Shown piece after piece: positions 19,543 to 28,896 of a stretch of DNA of 64,000 bases. This DNA is from Myxococcota bacterium (lineage in GTDB: Bacteria; Myxococcota_A; UBA796; CAJQPC01): NCBI GenBank assembly GCA_036012755.1, contig DASCPX010000127.1, positions 78,373-142,372 on the forward strand, written 5' to 3'. The notes beneath the pieces were generated by a model that searched no databases, had not been told where the DNA came from, and saw nothing but the letters and a program-made list of their open reading frames with translations. The stretch's first letter is position 1; the number at the start of each line of letters is the position of its first letter. Made by a program: the position numbers and the translations under genes.

Positions 19543-20582
19543 AGATCGTTGATGATGTAGTCGATGTAGGGCAGCCCGTCGTCGCGCTTGGCCTGGGCCG
19601 TGTAGCGGAAGCTCGAGAAGACGACCCGGCCCTTGCCGTCGCTGAAGCTCACCAGCATCGGCGAGGCGGCGATCGTGTAGTCGTCGAAGCCGTCGCGCCA
19701 GGTCGCGTCACCCGTCAGGTGGATCGTGGCGTCGGCGCCCACGGACTCGACGACCGGCCACTCGATGAGGTCATAGACGACGACCACGTCGGCCCCCACG
19801 GCCTCGCCCATGTCCTTGTCCGTGACGTGGGCCGTGACGCCTCCGGTCTCACCACGCTGAGCTTCGTCCGGGACGAGGTCGTCTCCCAGGAACTCTATGC
19901 GGTCCGGCCAGAGCCCCTCGACCACGTCATAGCTCCAGTCGGTGGCGTAGAGCGTGCCGCCTTGCTGGACGTAGGTGAGCAGGTTGGCCTGGACCTGGGC
20001 GATGGTCGCCGCGTCGCCGTCGCCGTCGGTGTCGTAGAAGACGTCCTCTTCGATGTGGCCGCCGTCGAGGAAGACCTTCTCGTACTCCAGCAGGGAGTCG
20101 ATGTTGCCGAGGAACTCGACGAGCTCGTCGCCGGTCTGGCCATTGACGACGTCGTAGGCCGGGATGCCGACCGCCGGGAGGACCTTGTCGAAGTCGTCGT
20201 AGTCACCGGTGATGACCACCACTTCGCCGCCACCGCCGCCGCAGCTCGGCGTGTCGAGCTCCACGCCGCCGGCCTCGGGCAGCTTGATCTCGAACTGGTC
20301 GATCATCTCGCTTCCGAACTGGACGTAGATCATGTAGGCGCGGTCCACCGGCAGCCCCGTGAGCGCGAACAGCCCGGTCTCGTCGGTGATCGACTGCACC
20401 GTGTCGTAGAGCACGTTGTCGCCGTCGAAGAGGTGGGTGTAGACCGTCGCCCCCTCGAGCCAGGTGTCGGTGTAGGGGCTGCAGATGCGGCCCGAGATGG
20501 TCGTGTCGTCGCCCGCGCTGACATCCTCGATGTTGTGGAGGGTGTTGTCGGGAGCGCAAGCGAGCAGGATGAGGTTGAGCAT
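19539..20582 (-). CDS. Hypothetical lipoprotein (carboxypeptidase-regulatory-like domain + GATase-like domain)
   Basis: MLNLILLAC lipobox, TDETGLFAL, YVQQGGTLYATDWSY and GKGRVVFSSF. TGATG coupling to the upstream adhesin gene. Confidence 0.7.
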   Translation of the reverse strand: MLNLILLACAPDNTLHNIEDVSAGDDTTISGRICSPYTDTWLEGATVYTHLFDGDNVLYDTVQSITDETGLFALTGLPVDRAYMIYVQFGSEMIDQFEIKLPEAGGVELDTPSCGGGGGEVVVITGDYDDFDKVLPAVGIPAYDVVNGQTGDELVEFLGNIDSLLEYEKVFLDGGHIEEDVFYDTDGDGDAATIAQVQANLLTYVQQGGTLYATDWSYDVVEGLWPDRIEFLGDDLVPDEAQRGETGGVTAHVTDKDMGEAVGADVVVVYDLIEWPVVESVGADATIHLTGDATWRDGFDDYTIAASPMLVSFSDGKGRVVFSSFRYTAQAKRDDGLPYIDYIINDL

Positions 20583-22588
20583 CAGTAGCTGCTCCCGGGG
20601 ACGAGGACGTAGATGTCCATGGTGTCGAGCAGGACGCTGTCGTCTCCGACGACGTTGAGCGTGAGCTGGAAGACCTGGTCCTCGTCGGTGGCCGCGACGG
20701 CGCCGCGGAACTCGAGCTGGAAGTCGATCTCCTGGCCCGTGACGGCCCCGGAGAGCTCGTATGACTCCGGCTGGATGTCGGTCACGAAGCCGTAGGGGTC
20801 GTTCTCGACCTGCAGGCTGACCGTGGAGAAGCGCACATCGCTGACAAGGTCCTCGATGGCGTCTGTGATGGTCTTCCGCAGCGTCGAGGAGCCGCCGCTC
20901 CAGCTGTAGACCAGCGGCGTGCCGCCGATCTTGGAGCCCGTGGCGTTGGCCAGGGTCTTCATCTGGGCCGAGGGCAGCGAGCTGTAGGTGTGGATGCCGA
21001 TGAGGTAGGCGCCGATGTCGCCGGCGGCGGCGATCACGTCGCTGGAGCCTGCGTCGAGGGGGCAGCCTCCCGGCGTGCCGTTGTAGCTGTTGTTGCTGCT
21101 GTCCGGGTCCCGCAGGTAGTTGTCGGTCGCGTAGACGATGATCGGCATCGAGTACTCGCGGAAGCCGTAGCCGCCGATGTCACCGCCACCGCTGGTGCTG
21201 CCGGACTGGGCGCCGGACTCGCTGCCTCCGAAGGCGTCGCTGGAGTCCTGGATGAAGCTGCGCACGTCGGTGCTGCTGTCGTAGCGCCCGTTGCAGTTCT
21301 GGTCGTAGCCGACGCCGGTCAGGCCCTGGTAGAGCGCCTCCATGCCGGACTCGGGTCCGTCGACCCCGTAGTGCGTGGGGATGGTGTTCATCTTGCCCTG
21401 GAGCGTGCTCACGTCGCTGGTGATCTGCTGGAGCAGGATGAAGGGCTTGTCCCCGGAGGAGGGGGACCCGTAGCTGCCGTAGGCATAGTCGTCGTAGGTG
21501 GCCAGCCCGTACTCGGCCTCTGGGATCGTCGTGGAGAGCGTGCTGACGATCTGGCTGAACTCGCTGCCCATCGCGTTGATCGTCGAGCCCATCGACCCCG
21601 TCGTGTCGATGAGGAAGGCGATGTCCCCCATCTGGATGTTCAGCACGAAGGCGAAGTCCTCTTCGACGGTCGCGCGCTCTTCGACCTCGACGTAGACCCC
21701 CTCGATGATGCTGTCGCTGTCGTTCGGATCGGAGCCGGCGCTGACCTCTGCCCCGTCGGCGTAGCCGTCGCCGTCCGTGTCGTCGTTCCAGGGGTCGGTG
21801 CCGGTCACGTAGATCTCGTCGAAGTCCGAGATCCCGTCGCCGTCGTCGTCCGTGTCGGCGAAGTCGTAGATGCCGTCGCCGTCCGTGTCCTTCGGCTCCT
21901 CTGTCGGGCCGCCGGTGCCACCCTCGATCGAGTCCGGCACCCCGTTTCCGTCACTGTCCTCGTCGAGGTAGTCGGGCACGCCGTCGCCGTCGGAGTCGTT
22001 GGGCTCGTCCTCCCACTGGTTGACGCCACCCTCCCAGATGTCGCCGATGCCGTCCCCGTCGCTGTCGTTGTCGTGGTAGTCGGGGGTCCCGTCGCCGTCG
22101 GTGTCCGGGGCGCCGCAGTCCTCGCCGATCTCGATGGAGTCCTTGATGCCGTCGCCGTCGTCGTCGAGGTCCGCGAAGTTGAGGATGCCGTCGCCGTCGG
22201 GGTCCTCTCCCCCCTCCTCGGCGTCAGGAATGCAGTTGTTGTCGCTGTCGCGGTCGCGGAAGTCGGGCGTGCCGTCGGCGTCGGAGTCCCAGGGCAGCGT
22301 GAGCACGTCGGTGTCGCCTGCCTCGAGCGAGTCGTCGACGCCGTCGTCGTCTGAGTCGGTGTCGAGGTGATCAGGGGTGCCGTCGCCGTCGGTGTCTTCT
22401 TCGAGGACGATCTCGTCGCCGTCCTCGTCGATCTCCCCCGTGTTCTCCCAGCCCTCGTGCATGTCGAGGATCGAGTCGTCGTCGCTGTCGACGTAGGAGA
22501 CTGGAGGTCCTTCACCCGAGTCATCGCTGGCGGTGTCGCCATTGCAGCCAGCGAGCGCGAGTAGGACCACGACAGAGCGCAAGATCAT
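20582..22588 (-). CDS. CglD-like lipoprotein: thrombospondin type-3 Ca-binding repeats + integrin-beta-like vWA domain
   Basis: LAGC lipobox, many DxDGDGxPD repeats, then [12 protein letters not shown] (MIDAS), [12 protein letters not shown] and IVYATD. Confidence 0.8.
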   Translation of the reverse strand: MILRSVVVLLALAGCNGDTASDDSGEGPPVSYVDSDDDSILDMHEGWENTGEIDEDGDEIVLEEDTDGDGTPDHLDTDSDDDGVDDSLEAGDTDVLTLPWDSDADGTPDFRDRDSDNNCIPDAEEGGEDPDGDGILNFADLDDDGDGIKDSIEIGEDCGAPDTDGDGTPDYHDNDSDGDGIGDIWEGGVNQWEDEPNDSDGDGVPDYLDEDSDGNGVPDSIEGGTGGPTEEPKDTDGDGIYDFADTDDDGDGISDFDEIYVTGTDPWNDDTDGDGYADGAEVSAGSDPNDSDSIIEGVYVEVEERATVEEDFAFVLNIQMGDIAFLIDTTGSMGSTINAMGSEFSQIVSTLSTTIPEAEYGLATYDDYAYGSYGSPSSGDKPFILLQQITSDVSTLQGKMNTIPTHYGVDGPESGMEALYQGLTGVGYDQNCNGRYDSSTDVRSFIQDSSDAFGGSESGAQSGSTSGGGDIGGYGFREYSMPIIVYATDNYLRDPDSSNNSYNGTPGGCPLDAGSSDVIAAAGDIGAYLIGIHTYSSLPSAQMKTLANATGSKIGGTPLVYSWSGGSSTLRKTITDAIEDLVSDVRFSTVSLQVENDPYGFVTDIQPESYELSGAVTGQEIDFQLEFRGAVAATDEDQVFQLTLNVVGDDSVLLDTMDIYVLVPGSSY

Positions 22589-22662
22589 GACAGCTCCTGG
22601 TGGTGCCCGGGCGGCGCGTAGGGTAGCCGCGTCCGAGGCCCTCCACAATCAGAGTTTGCGAC

Positions 22663-23295
22663 ATGCGCGTGCCGGAAGCACCACACATCGCAGCGCCCTT
22701 CGTCCTTGCAGGGCTCCTGGCCTGCGGCGATGCACAGCCGGAGCCCGACGGCGACGCGGTCTACCTGGTGGCGATGGCACAGGAGTCGGCGGACGCGGCC
22801 GGGCTCGTCTGTGACGGCATCCCCTCACCTGCGCTACGCGGTGAGTGCGCCTTCTTCGCGGCCAGGGAACAAGGTCACCCAGAGGGCCTGTTCCTCTGCC
22901 CGGACGGCGACTGGGGCCGGCTCTGCCGATTCGAGCTCTACGACCGGGGCGGCCTGATCGGCGAGGAGGCCCGCGCCGCATGCGCAGGGCTCGGTGACAT
23001 CGAGGACCAGTGCCGGAGTCACGCGCTCCAGCGGGAGCTGGAGGCGCTGGCGGAGACGGAGCCACCCTGGGATGTCTCGGTCTTCGCGGACTACGGGATC
23101 GAAGAGGACGCAGTGGTGCTGGCCGCTCTCCACGCCGCGACCGGTGAGCCCTGCTTGGAGAGCTCGGAGGCTTGCGGACTCGTTGACGACGTCCTCGCGA
23201 CCTGGGCCGGCGAGGACCGGGGACTCGACAAGAGGCTCGGCGCCTGGCGGATGCGCCAGCGACCGAGGTGGGAGCGACGCTTCCCGGCGCGCTGA
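22663..23295 (+). CDS. Cys-rich hypothetical lipoprotein
   Basis: GLLAC lipobox and spaced Cys resembling the 12765-13403 protein. Confidence 0.65.
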   Translation: MRVPEAPHIAAPFVLAGLLACGDAQPEPDGDAVYLVAMAQESADAAGLVCDGIPSPALRGECAFFAAREQGHPEGLFLCPDGDWGRLCRFELYDRGGLIGEEARAACAGLGDIEDQCRSHALQRELEALAETEPPWDVSVFADYGIEEDAVVLAALHAATGEPCLESSEACGLVDDVLATWAGEDRGLDKRLGAWRMRQRPRWERRFPAR

Positions 23296-23362
23296 GGCCG
23301 CAGTGCTTGACGCCAGACGGTCATTGGTGTTGATTCGGTGGCGGCCTCACCAGGGAGCTACG

Positions 23363-23905
23363 GTGGCGGAAGTCGCAGAGCGCCTCGCGCTGACCCTGAA
23401 GCAGATGCGGCGGATGCGAGGTCTCACCCAGCATCGCCTGGCCCTTCTCTCGGGCGTGCCCCGGCCGACCATCGCGAACCTCGAGTCCGGCAGCGCGAAC
23501 CCCACGCTCCACGTCCTGACACGGGTCGCAGCTGCCCTCCAGGTCAGCCTCGAGGAACTCGTCGCGGCCCCCCCACCGATGGCGCGGTTCTACGAGGCCG
23601 ACCAGCTGGCGTCAGAGCTCCGCGGCGAGGTCCTGATCCGCCAGCTGCTGCCCGACGCCATCCCCGGCGTGGTGATGGAGCGCATGTGGCTGCCCATGGG
23701 GAGCGCTGTCACCGGCGTGCCCCATCAGCCGGGGACTCGGGAGTACCTGACCTGCGAGGTGGGTCGTCTCCGGCTCGAGGCCAGCGGTGAGATCCACAAG
23801 CTGGAGCCCGGGGACGTCGTCGTCTTCCGGGGCGATCAGGAGCACCGCTACGCCAACATCGCCCGCCGGCGGACCGTGGCCTATGCGCTCGTCATGCCGA
23901 GCTGA
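23363..23905 (+). CDS. XRE-family HTH + cupin transcriptional regulator (SutR/PuuR type)
   Basis: GLTQHRLA...IANLESGSANPTL helix-turn-helix, then a PHQPGTREYL...HRYAN cupin. GGGAG SD before GTG 23363. Confidence 0.88.
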   Translation: MAEVAERLALTLKQMRRMRGLTQHRLALLSGVPRPTIANLESGSANPTLHVLTRVAAALQVSLEELVAAPPPMARFYEADQLASELRGEVLIRQLLPDAIPGVVMERMWLPMGSAVTGVPHQPGTREYLTCEVGRLRLEASGEIHKLEPGDVVVFRGDQEHRYANIARRRTVAYALVMPS

Positions 23906-23960
23906 TGTAAGGAACCCCAACCCCCGGTCGTTGTCGTGGTGAGCAGAAACTGGAGCCACC

Positions 23961-24200
23961 ATGATCCTCGCCCTCTTCTTGTCCATCTCCCCCGAGGCCG
24001 AAGCATGCGGAATGCCGCACGACTACCAGATGAGCCTGGCCGCAATGATGGAGGAGGTCGAGGCCGTGCCGGAGCTCATCTTCGAGGCCGCGCCGACGAC
24101 CCCGGCGGAGGCCTTCGAGCTGCTCGCCCCTCCAGTCGAGAACGAGCTCGACGTGCCGGAGCAGCAGCAGCAGCCGGCCTCCTCGGCGCCGGTCTCCTAG
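23961..24200 (+). CDS. Small acidic secreted protein (79 aa)
   Basis: GGAG SD, signal MILALFLSISPEAEA|C, typical codon usage. Confidence 0.6.
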   Translation: MILALFLSISPEAEACGMPHDYQMSLAAMMEEVEAVPELIFEAAPTTPAEAFELLAPPVENELDVPEQQQQPASSAPVS

Positions 24201-25288
24201 CCTCCTCGGCCCTCGCCGGACCGGCGACAGAGGCCTTCGAGCGCGGGAATTGCAACCTCTGCCACACGGGCGTACCGGAGGTCGCGGAGGCCACCCGCGT
24301 CGAGAGCTGCACCGAGTGCCACATCTGGGTCCGCGAGGTCAGCGCAGATCCCGCCATGCGCGAGAGGGCCCTCGCGGCCTTCCCCAACTGGGAGCGCTAC
24401 GAGCACAACGTCGCCTCCTACCTCGTGGTGCCGTCCCTGGACGCCGCCATGGTGCGTCTCGACCCGGAGAAGATCGAGAGCTGGCTGGCCGACCCCCACG
24501 ACCTCCGTCCGGGCCTGCCCGAGACGATGCCGCGCTTCGACCTGAGCCCCGAGGAGCTCGCCGCGATCGGAGCCGCCTTCGCCGCCGCCCAGGAGCCGGT
24601 GCCCGCGACCCCGGCACCGAGCGAGGAGAACGTCGCCGCTGGAGCGGCCCTCTTCGTCGAGAAGGCCTGCACCACCTGCCACGCACTGGGCGGGCTTCAC
24701 ACCGGGGGGATCCCGACGGCGCCGGACCTCGCCCACACCCGTGATCGGATGGACCCCGACCGCACGGTCGCCTGGATCCTGGACCCACGAGGAATGTCAG
24801 CTGGGGGCATGATGCCGAGGATGCCGATGACGACCGAAGAAGCCGTCGCGATCCGCGACTACATCTTCCTCGTCGATCCGGAGTGGAGCGAGGCGCCGCC
24901 GCTGTCCCCAACGGTCGTGGCGTCCACCGCGCCGACCTCCTGGGACGAGGTGAACGAGCGGGTCTTCGGCAAGATCTGCGCCCACTGCCACATGGACCCC
25001 GAACAGAACCAGGGCCGCGCCGGACCGGGCAACGCCGGGGGCTTCGGCTACGCGGCGACCGGCATCGAGCTCCAGACCTACGAGGGGGTCGTGGCCGCCG
25101 CGGATCGCATCACGGCGTCGCTCGACAGACGCCGCGCAGAGGCCCACCGCGACGTGGTCGACTACGGGGAGCGACCGGCGACCCTCACGCGACCGGAGGC
25201 CCCCGGCATGCCGCTGGGGCTCCCGCCACTGAGCGACGAGGACCATGCGCTCGTGCTCGCATGGATCGAACAGGGCTTTCCCAAGTAG
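24170..25288 (+). CDS. Tetraheme cytochrome c; 5' end unresolved (start coordinate approximate)
   Basis: Four CxxCH motifs (CNLCH, CTECH, CTTCH, CAHCH) with MP-type distal Met ligands. The signal-like LLASSALA has no nearby in-frame start codon. Confidence 0.82.
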   Translation, partial: AAGLLGAGLLASSALAGPATEAFERGNCNLCHTGVPEVAEATRVESCTECHIWVREVSADPAMRERALAAFPNWERYEHNVASYLVVPSLDAAMVRLDPEKIESWLADPHDLRPGLPETMPRFDLSPEELAAIGAAFAAAQEPVPATPAPSEENVAAGAALFVEKACTTCHALGGLHTGGIPTAPDLAHTRDRMDPDRTVAWILDPRGMSAGGMMPRMPMTTEEAVAIRDYIFLVDPEWSEAPPLSPTVVASTAPTSWDEVNERVFGKICAHCHMDPEQNQGRAGPGNAGGFGYAATGIELQTYEGVVAAADRITASLDRRRAEAHRDVVDYGERPATLTRPEAPGMPLGLPPLSDEDHALVLAWIEQGFPK

Positions 25289-25292
25289 CGGA

Positions 25293-26282
25293 TCAGGCGG
25301 CGGAGGCCTTGCGCACGGCCTCGCCCAGGACCCTCGGGAGGAGCTCGCGTGTCTCGGCGAGCGTCTTCTTGAGCAGGACTCCGGCGGCCCGCTCGTGGCC
25401 ACCCCCAGATGGGTGCAGGACCTGAGCCAAGCGGGCGACGTCGACCTTGCCGCGGCTCCGGAGGCTCAGCTTGACGAGTCCGGGGCCGCGCTCGACCAGG
25501 AGCACGGAGATCTGCACGCCCTCGGTGTAGAGCAGGGTCTCGACGATGCCCTCGACGTCGCTCAGCCTGCTGCCGAGCTCCTCGATGAGCTCGGCAGAGA
25601 CGATGCCCTGAACGACCGCTCCGTCCTCGTGGTAGGTGCAGGTGTCGAGGACGCGAGCCTTCAGCGCCATGCCCGGGCGACGGCGCTCCATGAGCACGCG
25701 GATGGCGATCGCGCTGTGGTCGATGCCCTCGTCGAGCAGGCGGGCGGCCATGCGGTGGGTGGACGCCGAGGCGTTGCTGTACCGGAAGCCGCCGGTGTCG
25801 AAGATGATGCCCGCGTAGAGCAGCTGGGCGAAGACCTCGTCGAGCTGGACTCCCCAGGCGTCCATCATCTCGAGCACCATCTCGCAGGTCGAGGCCGCGT
25901 CGCGGTCGATCACGGCGAGGGTGTAGCCGTCCCCTCTAGTCGTGTCGTGGTGGTCGACGATGGCGGTCGTGGCCGAGGTTCGGAAGGCGAGGTCGACGCT
26001 CGGAGAGAGCCGGGTCTTGTCTCCGTCGAGCACCACCACGAGGTCGTAGGGCCCGGCGACGCGCCGATCCGGGATCATCCGGTCGGATCCGGGCATCCAG
26101 GCGTAGCGGAAGGACGCGACCCCAGCCACGTCGACCTGGGCGCCCGCGATCTCGCGGATGGCCCGCTGAAGGGCAAGGCACGCGCCGATACTGTCACCGT
26201 CCGGGTCCTCTGGCCCCGTGAGCAGGACGCGCTCCGCTCCCTCGATCAGTCGGCGCATCGCGGCGGTGTCGAGCGTGGCCAT
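25293..26282 (-). CDS. nrnA: DHH/DHHA1 nanoRNase/pAp phosphatase
   Basis: PDGDSIG, DHH, DTGGF, SLRS and GGGHERAAG motifs. Confidence 0.88.
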   Translation of the reverse strand: MATLDTAAMRRLIEGAERVLLTGPEDPDGDSIGACLALQRAIREIAGAQVDVAGVASFRYAWMPGSDRMIPDRRVAGPYDLVVVLDGDKTRLSPSVDLAFRTSATTAIVDHHDTTRGDGYTLAVIDRDAASTCEMVLEMMDAWGVQLDEVFAQLLYAGIIFDTGGFRYSNASASTHRMAARLLDEGIDHSAIAIRVLMERRRPGMALKARVLDTCTYHEDGAVVQGIVSAELIEELGSRLSDVEGIVETLLYTEGVQISVLLVERGPGLVKLSLRSRGKVDVARLAQVLHPSGGGHERAAGVLLKKTLAETRELLPRVLGEAVRKASAA

Positions 26283-26354
26283 CCCTGGCTCCGACCCAGA
26301 AAAGAAGCCAGTCTAACGGTGGCCCGTACCCATGCCAACCGATACGGGGCGCGG

Positions 26355-27980
26355 ATGCAAGAGAAGAACGAAACAACCGAACCGCCTGGCGGTCGCCGCG
26401 TCGACGACTACAAGAGCGGCCGCCGCTTCGCCGACTTCCCCCTGTCGGCAGAGGTCCTCAAGGGCCTCGAGGAGCTGGGCTACGAAGAAGCCACGAGCGT
26501 CCAGGCCGCCTCCATCGAGCCGGGACTCGCCGGCCGCGACCTCATCGTCCGGGCAAAGACCGGCACGGGCAAGACCGCCGCCTTCGGGATCCCCATCGTC
26601 GAGCGCATCGACGCCGGCTGCCGCAAGGTCCAGGCCATCGTGCTCTCACCCACACGCGAACTTGCCAACCAGATCGCGAAGGAGCTGGCAGGGGTCGCGA
26701 AGTACAAGGACATCCGCATCCTCCCCATCTACGGCGGCGTCTCGATGGGTCCCCAGGAGACCGCCCTGCAGGAGGGCGTCGAGCTCGTCGTCGGCACGCC
26801 TGGGCGGGTGAGCGACCACATCCGGCGCGGAAACCTCGACCTGTCCGATGTCATCGTCAGCTGCCTCGACGAGGCAGACGAGATGCTCTCGATGGGCTTC
26901 TACAAGGACGTCACCGCGATCCTCAAGAAGGTGCCGACCACGGCCCAGACCTTCCTGTTCTCGGCGACGGTCGAGGCCGACGTGAAGCGCCTGGTCTCCA
27001 AGTTCCTCAAGGATCCCGAGGACATCATGCTCTCGACCGACACCGATCGGATCGACGGCATCACCCACGTGCTCTACGAGTCGAGCCCGGACTTCCACAA
27101 GGCGCGCGCGCTGTTGGCCGTCATCGACCAGGAGCAGCCCGGCTCGACGATCGTGTTCTGCAACACGCGCGAGGACACCGCGACCGTCGCGACCTTCCTG
27201 GACCGCCAGGGTCTCGACGCCCAGCTCATCTCGGGCGAGCTCCCCCAGCGCAAGCGGGAAGCCGTCATGGCAAAGGTCAAGAGCGGCGAGGTGCAGTTCC
27301 TCATCGCCACGGACGTCGCCGCCCGCGGCATCGACATCAGCGACCTCACCCACGTCATCAACTACGCCCTGCCGCAGGATCCGGCGGTGTACATGCACCG
27401 CATCGGTCGAACCGGCCGCATCGGCAAGGAGGGCATGGCGATCACGCTGGCGGGTGGGGCGGACCTCGCTACACGCCTGGTGCTCGAGCGACAGTTCGAG
27501 ATCGACTTCACCAAGCGGGAGATGCCAACGCCCGACGAGGCGCAGAGGCTCCGCGTCGAGCGCCAGGTCGCGATCATCAAGGGGACCATGGGCACGACGG
27601 CCTTCGAGGGCTTCCTCGGTCTCGTCCGCGCGCTCAAGGAGCGTCCCGACGGCGACATGCTGCTGGCGACCGCGATGAAGGGGTTCTTCCTCTGGGACCG
27701 CGAGCGCCGGATCAGCGGCGGTCTCGACACGGTCACGGCGGTCCAGGAAGCCCGTGGAGAGAAGCGGGAGCGCCGCGGCGGTGGCGGCGGTGGCGGAGGA
27801 AGAGGCGGGTCGGGCGGACGCCGAGGCGGCGGTCGCGGGCGCGGCGACAAGCCTCGGTCCTCTCACGACTCGAAGCCCAAGAGCCAGAAGGACGACAGGG
27901 GCCCGAAGACCGACAAGGGCAACAAGGGTGAGGGCGCGCCGAAGCGTCGTCGTCGCCGTCGTCGTCCCTCCTCCGACTGA
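26355..27980 (+). CDS. DEAD-box RNA helicase (DeaD/CshA-like) with RGG/basic tail
   Basis: Q motif, AKTGTGKT, PTRELA, TPGR, DEAD, SAT, ARGID and HRIGRTGR motifs. Confidence 0.95.
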   Translation: MQEKNETTEPPGGRRVDDYKSGRRFADFPLSAEVLKGLEELGYEEATSVQAASIEPGLAGRDLIVRAKTGTGKTAAFGIPIVERIDAGCRKVQAIVLSPTRELANQIAKELAGVAKYKDIRILPIYGGVSMGPQETALQEGVELVVGTPGRVSDHIRRGNLDLSDVIVSCLDEADEMLSMGFYKDVTAILKKVPTTAQTFLFSATVEADVKRLVSKFLKDPEDIMLSTDTDRIDGITHVLYESSPDFHKARALLAVIDQEQPGSTIVFCNTREDTATVATFLDRQGLDAQLISGELPQRKREAVMAKVKSGEVQFLIATDVAARGIDISDLTHVINYALPQDPAVYMHRIGRTGRIGKEGMAITLAGGADLATRLVLERQFEIDFTKREMPTPDEAQRLRVERQVAIIKGTMGTTAFEGFLGLVRALKERPDGDMLLATAMKGFFLWDRERRISGGLDTVTAVQEARGEKRERRGGGGGGGGRGGSGGRRGGGRGRGDKPRSSHDSKPKSQKDDRGPKTDKGNKGEGAPKRRRRRRRPSSD

Positions 27981-27989
27981 GATCCCAGC

Positions 27990-28811
27990 TCAGGGACTGG
28001 TGATCTCGACCATCTCCTTGCCGTAGACCTTGAGCAGCGGGCCACCGTTGCCGATGTTGCCGCTGACGTTGGTGCCGGAGTTGGTGCCCTCGACGGTGTG
28101 GAGCACGCTCACGCTCCCGCCGGTGGCCTGGAGCCTGACGTCCGCCGACAGGGGGAGGACCAGCGTGGCGCCGCCCTTGCTCGCGGTGATGCCAGAGGAC
28201 TTCGTGACGCTGCTGTCCGCTGACAGATCGACCTTCACGTCGCCGTCCGGGGCGCGGACGTTGAACTGGCTGTAGCTGCCAGACACCATGATGTCCCCGC
28301 TGGTGTTGGCGGCCTTGACGGTCCCATTGCAGTTGCTGACGGAGATCCAGCCCTTTCGAGCAGTCACCGTGATCCGGGTCTGCTTCGGCAGGGACACCAC
28401 GAGCGGGACGGTGATGCTCTCGACTCCGCTGCGGCTCCCCGGGACGATCGTGCTGACCTTGCCCCAGGTCCCCTTGCCCTGGGCCTGGAGCCGGATTCCG
28501 TCGCCCACCGCCTGCATGGGCGCTTCCTTGGTGCCTTCGATGACGAAGTCGATGCGGGCGTTGACCTCCTCTGTGTCCGTGCAGCGCACCGTGATCGGGC
28601 CGCCGTAGTGCGTGATGGTCACAGCGGCGTTGTCGTCGAGCTTCTCGCTGCGCTCCGTGTGGCCGCCGGAGTAGGTCATCGTCGAGGCGGCTGTCTCGCC
28701 GCCCAGATCGATGTCGTCGAGATCGATGTCGAAGTCACCGAACCCGTAGTCTTCTTCGTCATCCTCGGCGAAGGCCGCTCCAGCGAGCGCGATCAACATT
28801 GCGAGTGGCAT
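27990..28811 (-). CDS. DUF4097-like beta-strand repeat secreted protein
   Basis: Signal peptide, acidic linker, GxIxV repeats and a GNIGNGGPLL C-terminus. Confidence 0.65.
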   Translation of the reverse strand: MPLAMLIALAGAAFAEDDEEDYGFGDFDIDLDDIDLGGETAASTMTYSGGHTERSEKLDDNAAVTITHYGGPITVRCTDTEEVNARIDFVIEGTKEAPMQAVGDGIRLQAQGKGTWGKVSTIVPGSRSGVESITVPLVVSLPKQTRITVTARKGWISVSNCNGTVKAANTSGDIMVSGSYSQFNVRAPDGDVKVDLSADSSVTKSSGITASKGGATLVLPLSADVRLQATGGSVSVLHTVEGTNSGTNVSGNIGNGGPLLKVYGKEMVEITSP

Positions 28812-28896
28812 TGGTTTTCCAGTTTGAAGTCTGCACTTGGCAGTTTGCCGTGGATCGGGTGCCGCCTGCCGGGAGCTGGCGAGGTTATGTCCCGTG

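Noticed and set aside
21700..22500. Recurring CCGTCGCCGTC-type DNA repeats
   Set aside because: Explained by DxDGDG peptide repeats of the TSP3 region. Not a separate DNA element.
25245..26354. Long N-terminal extensions in the ORF track (helicase from 25245, Hsp70 from 3943, fusion from 29852, nuclease from 49363)
   Set aside because: They overlap real neighbouring genes. Homology starts at the downstream codons I report.
28837..28852. Sigma54-like TTGGCA...TTGC (and CGGCACG near 63132)
   Set aside because: The GG-N10-GC spacing is not met.
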